A stretch of DNA of 64,000 nucleotides. Source: Candidatus Anstonellales archaeon (GTDB lineage: Archaea > Micrarchaeota > Micrarchaeia > Anstonellales > J096). Within the stretch, counting starts at the first letter, position 1; each line of letters begins with the position of its first letter. Below are positions 21,565-29,393 of the stretch, in pieces. The stretch is from assembly GCA_038890745.1 (NCBI GenBank), contig JAWAFD010000004.1, positions 32,001-96,000 of the forward strand. The letters are read 5' to 3'. The notes below the pieces were generated by a model. That model was not told the DNA's origin and searched no databases. It worked only from the letters and a program-made list of their open reading frames with translations. A program made the position numbers and the translations under genes.

Positions 21565-24500
21565 TTGTTTATGGTGATGGAAATGGCAGAAGAAAAAAGT
21601 TTTGTGGATAGGCTTAAAGAAGATAGAGGGGCATTGGCGCTGGCGCTTTTAGCGCTTCTTTTAATTATATTCGGTGTTTTTGCTGTTCTTGGAGGAGCCG
21701 GCGTAGTTACCATGAGCCCGCCAACAAACCTGCAGGCAACAGTAATCTATCCTAATGTCAAACTTACCTGGGACCACTCGGTTGATTATCCAGATCCTTG
21801 CATAGGCTATAATGTATATTGGAGTACAACCCGTGGACAATTAGGGATTTTGCAGAATGCAGAGCCGATTGCGGATACTAAATATACTATTAAAAATGTA
21901 AAACCAGGAACTTATTATGCAACTGCTAGATGTGTTGATAATGCAGGAAATGAGGATGGTAATCTTGAACAGACCGAGGTTAAGGTTGAACTTCAGCCCC
22001 CGTCAGGTCTTTCAATAGTAATAAATGATGGGGCAGAATACACGAACAAAAGAGATGTTACGCTTGCTCTTTCAGCAACAAATGCCGAAGAATGCACGAA
22101 TGCAAATGAAAATATGGATTGGAGCCCGTGGGGTCCGTATACGGTAGAAAAGGAATGGAAGCTTACAGAGAACGCAGGAGGATGCGAAGAGAAAACAGTT
22201 TACTACAAATGCAGAAACGCTGGTGGAGAATCTTCTCCTGTTTCTGACACAATAATTCTTGATACCCTTCCGCCTTCAGTTTCATTCAACGTTCTTTCTG
22301 CAAAGGATAACACACTAACCATACAGATATTTGCGCAGGATGACTGCGTTCGAGGTGTAGATTGTTATGTTTTTGCAGGTAATCAGCAGATTGGCTCCAT
22401 CCAAAATCTTGCTGGGCAGGCTGAGAGAACATATGAGGTTCCGTATGGAACATATCTATTAGCTGTTGCCTGTACTGATGGTGCAGGAAACTCTGGTTCT
22501 GCTGCACTTGAAGTAAATGTTAAGCAACCCGAGAATGCAACAAACAAAACAGAGATATCCATAAAAATAAATAATGATGCTGCTACAACAACCTCTCTTG
22601 ATGTAACCCTAAACCTTTATTGCAGAATAAACGGGGAAACTCCAGATGCTGTTTACTACAGCAGCGCTGAGATGGGTGAGGTTGGGCCTGAAAGCTACAC
22701 AACATCAAGAAGCTGGGAGCTTGATAATAAAGCCCCAGAGCACACTAGAACTTACACAGTTTGTTATAGGTGCGAAAAGGACGATGTTACGGCAAGGGCA
22801 TGCGATTCCATAAGGTATGTTGTTGAAGAAGAAGGTGGAGGAGGCGGAGGTGGCGGAGGTGGCGGTGGCGATGGACAGGTTCCGCCAAAAAACCTTAAAG
22901 CAGAAATAATTGGATACAGAACCCCTATTGGTACCGGATGGCACTTACCGGTGCTAATACCAGATACTGAAGTTACAAAGGGGAGTGGAGAGACTGGAGG
23001 AGTTTACCTGAGCCTCTCTTCAAGCGGTGCAACTGAGTGCAAGGTTTGGAATGAGAAAATAGAAGGCGTAGATACAGGTGATGATGAAGAGAGCGATGTT
23101 GAATGGAGTTCAGACCTTGTAAATAATCCTAGGTATCCTTGGAAGCTTATTCCTTCTATGATAGTGCAGGTTGAACCAGGGCCAGGAGGGGATGAGTTTA
23201 GACCTAAGGCATTTATAATTATTGTTGGGGATGGAAACAGAACAATAAATTATAAATGCAAAAATAATGCAGGTACAACAGGACCGATTAAGGATAGTAT
23301 ATGGTATGATGCAACAAAACCAAGCTCTGTTGTAAGTTTGAGCGGGGAATATAGAACAATGCTTGGTGAGGGAGATATTGGTTTACCAATTATAAACATA
23401 AAGCTTACATGGGAGCCTTCTGTAGATAACTCTTGGAACTGGGAAGGATATACGCACAAAGGAATACAGCTTTACTCTGTTTGCAGAGCATACACCCTAC
23501 AGAACGACCCAACAAAGTCAAAGCACGACTTTGGATGCAAAGACTACACTCCGGCAGAGATCGGATGCGAGGAGGAAAATGGCTATTTTGCGCTTGAGTG
23601 TGCTCTTACTGACTTTGAACTTCCATCCGACCTACTCAGTCAGGGCGGAAAGATGTGCTATGATGTTAGTGCTTGGGACTATGTTGGATGGCAGAGCAGT
23701 GCTGAACGTGTTTGCGTGGATGTTCCACCATCAGGGCCGATAGATAAAGTTCCAGAAATAATATGGGTTGCAATATATGAAGGAGTAGGTGGGATAGGCG
23801 AAGGCGGAGGAGAGGAACTTCAAGCAAAGGAAAGCACTAGTAAAGTTGAAAAGATAGTAGGTAGCGTAAGCAGTCAAAACCCAACATCAGTTATTCTACT
23901 TGCGCAGCCTGCATATGAAGGAGGTGTACCTCTCAGCCCACCACCGGGAGAGAGCGGGGATATGTACACAAGAATTGCAAATGTTCGTGTACGGGTGATG
24001 GCAGTAAATGCAGAGAAGTGCATGCTTGGGAATGATGGGCCTGTAAAAGGTCAGCCAGTATGGAGCGGAACCTGGAGTGACTATAACGGAGACCCAACAA
24101 CATATACATGGACATTAAATGATAAAGAGGGAAGAAGAACAGTATTCGTTAAATGCAAAAATAACTTCGGCGAGTCAGCCATAGCTAGCGATAGTATAAT
24201 CTACGACCACACGCCGCCCGAAGTTGTTGGTACTGATTGGAAGGCGAATTACATAGAAACATGCGAGAAGAACTGGATATATGTTGCATGGAGCGGTGTA
24301 TTCAATGATGCGATTTCAGGTATAAAACAATATACTGTTAGAGAATATACGCGATATCTAATTGGCGGAGGAGGAAAAGGAGGGCCAGCGTATAACTGGA
24401 CAGAGACAGGAAACTGGACAACTCAAGATACATTCTTGTACGACTACAACTTTGTAAAGGATACTACGTACAAATATACAATAACTGCATGCGACAATGC

Positions 24501-24579
24501 AGGCAACTGCAATAACGTTGGTGTTACCACGGATCCGGTTACACCAACAAAAGACCCGTACAACGTTCCGTGTGAGTAA
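21565..24579 (+). CDS. Large Cys-rich surface protein with FN3/Ig-like repeats and N-terminal membrane anchor
   Basis: N-terminal TM helix, FN3 motif PPTNL...LTWD...YNVY, repeated INDG...VTL...W.L...KTVY.KC.N modules, poly-Gly linker; start may be ATG at 21571-21583. Confidence 0.8.
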   Translation: MFMVMEMAEEKSFVDRLKEDRGALALALLALLLIIFGVFAVLGGAGVVTMSPPTNLQATVIYPNVKLTWDHSVDYPDPCIGYNVYWSTTRGQLGILQNAEPIADTKYTIKNVKPGTYYATARCVDNAGNEDGNLEQTEVKVELQPPSGLSIVINDGAEYTNKRDVTLALSATNAEECTNANENMDWSPWGPYTVEKEWKLTENAGGCEEKTVYYKCRNAGGESSPVSDTIILDTLPPSVSFNVLSAKDNTLTIQIFAQDDCVRGVDCYVFAGNQQIGSIQNLAGQAERTYEVPYGTYLLAVACTDGAGNSGSAALEVNVKQPENATNKTEISIKINNDAATTTSLDVTLNLYCRINGETPDAVYYSSAEMGEVGPESYTTSRSWELDNKAPEHTRTYTVCYRCEKDDVTARACDSIRYVVEEEGGGGGGGGGGGGDGQVPPKNLKAEIIGYRTPIGTGWHLPVLIPDTEVTKGSGETGGVYLSLSSSGATECKVWNEKIEGVDTGDDEESDVEWSSDLVNNPRYPWKLIPSMIVQVEPGPGGDEFRPKAFIIIVGDGNRTINYKCKNNAGTTGPIKDSIWYDATKPSSVVSLSGEYRTMLGEGDIGLPIINIKLTWEPSVDNSWNWEGYTHKGIQLYSVCRAYTLQNDPTKSKHDFGCKDYTPAEIGCEEENGYFALECALTDFELPSDLLSQGGKMCYDVSAWDYVGWQSSAERVCVDVPPSGPIDKVPEIIWVAIYEGVGGIGEGGGEELQAKESTSKVEKIVGSVSSQNPTSVILLAQPAYEGGVPLSPPPGESGDMYTRIANVRVRVMAVNAEKCMLGNDGPVKGQPVWSGTWSDYNGDPTTYTWTLNDKEGRRTVFVKCKNNFGESAIASDSIIYDHTPPEVVGTDWKANYIETCEKNWIYVAWSGVFNDAISGIKQYTVREYTRYLIGGGGKGGPAYNWTETGNWTTQDTFLYDYNFVKDTTYKYTITACDNAGNCNNVGVTTDPVTPTKDPYNVPCE

Positions 24580-24594
24580 TCTTTTTTCTTTTTT

Positions 24595-25155
24595 ATGTTT
24601 TTTAAAAACCCTTACATTAAAATTTTTCTTTTTTCTGTTTTTCTAATACTCTTAGTTATTATTATTTCTGCCTATTTTACGAATTATTCGACGTTTTCCA
24701 TGAGCAAGGGAAAAAAGCCAGCTTCGGTTAGACATGGAGAGTGGATGGAATACAGGATGGAACCGGAGAATAAAACAATTTTTTATTATTCCTTAGGTCA
24801 GGATTGCTACAGGATAAAAATTGAAAACGCCACTTTTGATTACTGTATAAACAAAACAGGAATTTTTCCGGACCCTCTTGCTTATTTTTATCTTCCAGTC
24901 ATTCCATACAACAATCGCACGCCATCTTACTATGCTCAATTTGCAAACATCTCTGGTTATGTTTTTGAAATAGATTCAACACATTTCTATTACTCCGGTG
25001 AAACCGAGTATATCGATAGGCCGGCATACATCATAAAAACAAACAAAAACACTACGTATTTAGTTGACAAAGAAAAAGAAATAGCAGTTTTTATTGATTT
25101 TGGTCAGGTTAAGCTGAACCTGACAAATTCGTCTTTCTTACAGAGAGGGGGATGA
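24595..25155 (+). CDS. Hypothetical membrane-anchored protein
   Basis: 186-aa ORF with N-terminal TM segment. Confidence 0.6.
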   Translation: MFFKNPYIKIFLFSVFLILLVIIISAYFTNYSTFSMSKGKKPASVRHGEWMEYRMEPENKTIFYYSLGQDCYRIKIENATFDYCINKTGIFPDPLAYFYLPVIPYNNRTPSYYAQFANISGYVFEIDSTHFYYSGETEYIDRPAYIIKTNKNTTYLVDKEKEIAVFIDFGQVKLNLTNSSFLQRGG

Positions 25156-25294
25156 CCCCCTTTTCTAGCTCCTCCCGGGCTATTTCTATAAAATCCTGCT
25201 CTGGTTTCACTTTTATCAATGGGGGAGAGCCTAAGGCAAGCTGAAATGCCCTTGCACCAAGTATTCTTGCGAGTTCAAATTTATCGTACTCCAT
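25109..25294 (-). CDS. rpoK: RNA polymerase subunit Rpo6 (K)
   Basis: KFELARILGARAFQLALGSP...IAREEL...IPL. Confidence 0.93.
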   Translation of the reverse strand: MEYDKFELARILGARAFQLALGSPPLIKVKPEQDFIEIAREELEKGVIPLSVRKTNLSGSA

Positions 25295-25298
25295 CTAC

Positions 25299-26078
25299 TC
25301 ACCTTTTTCCGCCCCTTTTTCTTTCTTTTGTTTTTTTGGGTTTTATTATTTTTGGGGAAATTCTTTTAATGCTTTCTCCCGCTTCAGCCGACCCCATTCT
25401 TTCTTCAACATGTGGCTTTCTTTCCTCCTGCTCTCTTTTCTTTTTCATTTCCTCAATCTCAATCTGCATCCTGTTTAGCCTTGCTTCAATATCGTTTATC
25501 TTATTTCCGAAATTTGAGATCATCATCGTAAGCCGTTCTATTATTCTTGTTTCCTCCTTCTCAAACTCCTCCTCTCTCTCCATCGCATGCTTTGCTACCT
25601 CGACCTTGCTTAGCATAGTGCTTACAAGCTCTTTGTAATCACTTATGCCCGGAAGAATGATGTCCGATTCCCCAACATTGCTTCCGGCAGTCTCTATTCT
25701 AAGCGTTGCAAGCCCTAAAAGCTTTTCCAATGGGCTTCTTTCTATATTTACATTTTGCATTTTTTCATATGGTACAACATATGTTTCAGTTCTTATAACC
25801 CCCTTCCTTATCCTTATTTCTGTTTTGTCTAATTTATACCTAAATGCTTTATACACAAGCTCTATCCATGCGAAATAGGGAAGCGCAATGAGCAAAAGTA
25901 GGATGAAGAGGACAACAGGTCCGATGCTTGAGTCAAAACCCAGAAAGTTTATATTGAACCTTACTATTGCAAAACTTAGGATGATCCATATCACAAGGAG
26001 TAATAGTATTGCATTGAGCGACCACAGGAACTTTACTTTTCCATCAAGATGAACCCATTCTCCGTTTTCTTCATTCAT
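25299..26078 (-). CDS. Membrane protein with bacterial-type PH (bPH_2/YdbS-like) domain and coiled-coil tail
   Basis: Two TM helices, then IRKGVI...VPYEKMQNV...LLGLATLRIETAG; start set at ATG 26078 because the longer ORF runs into tRNA-Trp. Confidence 0.8.
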   Translation of the reverse strand: MNEENGEWVHLDGKVKFLWSLNAILLLLVIWIILSFAIVRFNINFLGFDSSIGPVVLFILLLLIALPYFAWIELVYKAFRYKLDKTEIRIRKGVIRTETYVVPYEKMQNVNIERSPLEKLLGLATLRIETAGSNVGESDIILPGISDYKELVSTMLSKVEVAKHAMEREEEFEKEETRIIERLTMMISNFGNKINDIEARLNRMQIEIEEMKKKREQEERKPHVEERMGSAEAGESIKRISPKIIKPKKTKERKRGGKR

Positions 26079-26137
26079 GATAGTTGTTTGTATTTTATTG
26101 TTTAAAAATGTTTGGGGCTGCTGGGATTTCCACCAGA

Positions 26138-26482
26138 CCAGGGGGTACTTTAACTTATTCTCAGACCCCCTGATGCGGTGAAACAACCCGGAGGGCTTCG
26201 GTGCGACCCAACCCTCCTAAACTTTTGGGTCGCACTTGTTTCACCGCATCACGCTTCCACCCCCTATCGTATTAGGGGACCAGAGGGGAGGTCAGCTTAT
26301 TAGATGACCCCCCTAGCTCCAACCCCCCTATCTTATACGAGCAAGGGTTAGCCAAGGGGGGACTTAAGCATATTCTTATTCCCCCCTCACGCTTCCACCC
26401 CCCTATTTTATACGAGCAAGGGTTAGTCAATATAGGGGGTAGTAGAGTAAGGGGGTCTGCGATAAGCAATAGTACCCCCTAG
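26138..26482. repeat. Cluster of four ~50-nt GC-hairpin repeat units (three on +, one on -) plus a 34-nt direct repeat, inside the tRNA-Trp T-loop intron
   Basis: Units start near 26138, 26280, 26352 (+) and 26482 (-); 26322-26355 vs 26397-26430 match at 32/34. Confidence 0.85.
26171..26251 (+). mobile_element. 81-bp MITE-like element, copy 2 (inside tRNA-Trp intron)
   Basis: Perfect 16-bp TIR TGATGCGGTGAAACAA/TTGTTTCACCGCATCA; inner 11-bp inverted repeat; 80/81 identical to 21306-21386; mobility is inferred. Confidence 0.6.
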
Positions 26483-26814
26483 TCTAACGGAGGATACATG
26501 GAACCTAGGGGGAAACTTCCCCCTGGGTTTGGTTTTGAACCCAGATATGCAGGTTTCTTCAACCATCCTCCCCTCAGGTTAAGGGAAGGGGTAGGAGATT
26601 AGAAGGAAATGGGGGAACCGTAGGTTCCCCTGGTTCCTCTCCTGGAGCCTGCCGTGTTGCCTGGTTGCACCACAGCCCCAACGCTTTTATTTCTATTCAG
26701 TATTTATTTAAATGCTTTTTGTTTTGTGTTTTTTGGGGGAGTTTTGCTATTCTTATTTTCCGCCTAAAAAGCAACGCATTTAAAACAATATGCTCAAATC
26801 AACGCGGTGGTTGG

Positions 26815-26994
26815 ATGGACCAGGATGGTCTTAATCTCCCTAGGAAAATTGAAAACGGAGAGGTTGACTTATACTCCCTTTCTGATTCTGAAAAAATAAA
26901 AGCAGGCATATGCCCATCGTGCGGAAACAAACTCATGTTTGCAGAAGGATGTAAGACATGCTACAACTGCGGCTGGAGCGGTTGTGACGGTTAG
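26815..26994 (+). CDS. Small zinc-ribbon protein resembling the C-terminal domain of class II ribonucleotide reductases
   Basis: CPSCG...EGCKTCYNCGWSGC; GGTGG SD-like motif before ATG 26815. Confidence 0.7.
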   Translation: MDQDGLNLPRKIENGEVDLYSLSDSEKIKAGICPSCGNKLMFAEGCKTCYNCGWSGCDG

Positions 26995-26996
26995 GT

Positions 26997-28325
26997 TTAG
27001 ATTATTTTTACTATCTCTTCCAAAATTTCCTTCTCAAATCCCTTTCTTATTTTGAGCGAAGCCGCCTTATCATGTCCGCCACCGCTTTCTATAAAATCCG
27101 GCGCGGATGATTTTATTTTTTCTATTATTTCATTTGCATTTACTTTTTTCGCTGCCTCATCCGTTACTCGGAAAATAATATATTTTTCGCTATACCCGAG
27201 CACTATCGCATTTTCTCCTTTAACCATATCATAAGCTATGGAGGTTATTTTTCCCCTGCTAGGAAACTCGCCCTTCGTTGCAATCCTATCCAAGTTAAGA
27301 AGATAGATGGTAATACCATCCTTTTCCCTTTTCTTTAGGTTTGCTTTTACGCTTTCCTTCAAGTTCTCCAGTTTTTCCTTCGCCTGCCGGAGCATGGATT
27401 CATAGAGCGCGGGCTTTTCCATAACTTCCCTGTAAAAATCCAAGCTGTTTCCAAAGCTTGAGTATGTTGCAAGGTAATCCAAAACCAAAGCCTTGTTTTT
27501 ATCCTCATCCTCAAAAGGCAAGAGGTCGCTTTTGTCTCCGGCCAGAGATGTTTTTACATATTTTTCAAAATCCATTCCACATGCCCTAGCCACTTCTATG
27601 GCAATATACCCTGCGGTGTGCTTGCTCGCATTTTCTTCGCCAAATTTCCATGGTGATAAAAAACAGGCATACTGCTCAATATTTTTTGCGGGTGGATGGT
27701 GGTCTATTACTATTGTTTCTATTCCATCTGCTTTTAGAAGCTCCAGCCCGCTGATGCTTTCCTCATTTGCTCCAAAGTCAACTAGGATAACAAGCGGCAT
27801 GAAATTATTTCTTGCAGAATTTATGTCTGTGAGTGCATCCCTAACTGAGTATATGGCAGAATTTTGTTGAAATTTTTGTGCATTGAGAATTGAAGAAATC
27901 GCAATCCCACCGACAATACCATCAGCATCTGCATGGAATCTTAAAATAGTAAAACGGTTCAGTTTTTTTGCAACGAGCAGCTTTTTTGCAACCTCCCTTG
28001 CATGCGGAATAAGTTTTTTCATTACTTCTGTTTTTATTATCGGCTCATTTTCCAAAACACGCACGCTTTTTTCTATTTCATCGCATATTCTTTTTCTTTT
28101 TTCTTCGCTTTCCTTTTTTACTTCCTTTGCAACTATCTGTAATGTTTCTCCTCTCAACTGAGTTTCTCCCTTTGCAGTAATAACATCGCCGACATTGTAG
28201 AATTCTTTGCTCAAAACCTCAAGCTGCTCCCTATCCGCAATTGTGAGAACAAAAAAATCCTTTATGTTTTTAACTCTGGTTACTATTCCTGTTTTTTCCA
28301 ATTCCATAAAGGTATTTATGAACAA
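26997..28325 (-). CDS. RecJ-like DHH phosphoesterase with N-terminal OB-fold-like region
   Basis: HADADG, LVDFG, IDHH, C-terminal DHHA1 GGGH motif; start may be 28307. Confidence 0.85.
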   Translation of the reverse strand: MFINTFMELEKTGIVTRVKNIKDFFVLTIADREQLEVLSKEFYNVGDVITAKGETQLRGETLQIVAKEVKKESEEKRKRICDEIEKSVRVLENEPIIKTEVMKKLIPHAREVAKKLLVAKKLNRFTILRFHADADGIVGGIAISSILNAQKFQQNSAIYSVRDALTDINSARNNFMPLVILVDFGANEESISGLELLKADGIETIVIDHHPPAKNIEQYACFLSPWKFGEENASKHTAGYIAIEVARACGMDFEKYVKTSLAGDKSDLLPFEDEDKNKALVLDYLATYSSFGNSLDFYREVMEKPALYESMLRQAKEKLENLKESVKANLKKREKDGITIYLLNLDRIATKGEFPSRGKITSIAYDMVKGENAIVLGYSEKYIIFRVTDEAAKKVNANEIIEKIKSSAPDFIESGGGHDKAASLKIRKGFEKEILEEIVKII

Positions 28326-28359
28326 GTTTGTTTAAAAACACTTTTTTTCATTCTCTTTT

Positions 28360-28755
28360 ATGTTTAAATTCCTTGAACACACCTCTGATGAGCTTCTCTA
28401 TGTTGAGGCCGAGAATTTCAAAAATGCGGTTTCGGATTTGGCGAATGGTATGATCTATTTGATGGAGACAAAATCAGATGAAAAATCTGTAATAACAGTC
28501 CAGTACAAAAATGAAAAATTGGAGGACTTTGTTGTTCGCCTACTTGAAAAAATTATTGCGGAAATCGAGACCAGACCGTTTCATCCTGTTAGGGCGGAGG
28601 TTTTGGAAGCGAAGGAGAAACCATACTATGCAAAAATAAAATTATATGGAGAGAAAAAAACACCACCCAACCCGATAAAAGCAGTTACCTATCACATGCT
28701 CATTGCAAAAAAAGAAAAGGGAAAGTATATCTTCAGGGTGCTTTTTGATATATAA
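28360..28755 (+). CDS. Archease
   Basis: N-terminal FLEHTSD, IKAVTYH, C-terminal FDI. Confidence 0.9.
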   Translation: MFKFLEHTSDELLYVEAENFKNAVSDLANGMIYLMETKSDEKSVITVQYKNEKLEDFVVRLLEKIIAEIETRPFHPVRAEVLEAKEKPYYAKIKLYGEKKTPPNPIKAVTYHMLIAKKEKGKYIFRVLFDI

Positions 28756-29341
28756 CTCTTCTCCCCTCAATCTTGAATTTTCCTTCAGCAAACATCCCAA
28801 CAACCTTTACATAGAGTTTGTGCTCCTCCTTCAAAATTCTCTCTTCCACCTCCTCCGCACTCTTGCAATCTCCTATGTAAACGCATGCCTGATCTATTAT
28901 AGGTCCTCCATCCAAACTTTCATCAACAAAATGAACAGTGCATCCGCTTACCTTAACCCCATGCTCAAATGCCTTTTTTTGCGCATGCATTCCAGTGAAA
29001 GATGGAAGAAGGGCCGGATGAATATTTATTATCTTATTTCTATATCCTTCTAGCAATTCTTTTGTTTTTATTATCCTCATGAAACCTGCTAGGCATACCA
29101 AGTCTGATTTGTACCTGTCCAACAGCTCCTTTATTCTTCTTTCGGCTACTTCCCTACCTTCTCTATAATCCACAAACTCAACCGGAATGTTGTTTGCCTT
29201 TGCTCTCTCTACTGCTTTCGCTTCTTTATTATCCGTAATCAGAACGACAATCTTTGAATTTTTTATCCTTCCATCCTTTATCCCATCGATTATTGCCTGA
29301 AAATTGCTCCCCCTTCCGCTCGCAAGAACAGCGATGTTCAT
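28733..29341 (-). CDS. purN: Phosphoribosylglycinamide formyltransferase
   Basis: IAVLASGRGSNFQA, LAGFMRI, NIHPALLP, GCTVHFV...LDGGPII. Confidence 0.96.
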   Translation of the reverse strand: MNIAVLASGRGSNFQAIIDGIKDGRIKNSKIVVLITDNKEAKAVERAKANNIPVEFVDYREGREVAERRIKELLDRYKSDLVCLAGFMRIIKTKELLEGYRNKIINIHPALLPSFTGMHAQKKAFEHGVKVSGCTVHFVDESLDGGPIIDQACVYIGDCKSAEEVEERILKEEHKLYVKVVGMFAEGKFKIEGRRVIYQKAP

Positions 29342-29393
29342 GAATTTAGAAAGCAGCGCAAAATTATTAAACTCTTTTGCATCAAGAAATTCT

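Larger units (their letters stand above)
26113..26679 (-). tRNA. tRNA-Trp(CCA) with two introns: 87 nt at 37/38 (26555-26641) and 407 nt at 59/60 (26127-26533)
   Basis: Exons 26642-26679, 26534-26554 and 26113-26126 join into a standard cloverleaf (GGGGCTG/CAGCCCC; GCAGG-CTCCAGA-CCTGC; CTGGG-TTCAAAT-CCCAG); T-loop BHB TTCA/TGGA with AAA and AAT bulges. Confidence 0.9.

Noticed and set aside
22834..22870. GGN repeat tract as a phase-variation or tandem-repeat locus
   Set aside because: Mixed Gly codons encoding an in-frame flexible linker
26280..26430. CRISPR array suggested by a 34-nt repeat at 75-nt spacing
   Set aside because: Only two copies, the intervening sequences are themselves related repeat units, and no cas genes are in the window
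26272..26469. 65-aa ORF with repeated NPCSYKIGG inside the tRNA-Trp intron, as a possible intron-encoded protein
   Set aside because: The peptide repeat simply reflects the 34-nt DNA repeat; non-ATG start, no homing-endonuclease motif, too short
26113..26554. Split (trans-spliced) tRNA halves
   Set aside because: All exons are collinear on one strand and joined by cis BHB motifs
21239..26679. Integrated element or prophage at tRNA-Ser or tRNA-Trp
   Set aside because: No duplicated tRNA 3' end (att site), no integrase, and the region contains rpoK; the inserts are bounded by BHB motifs instead
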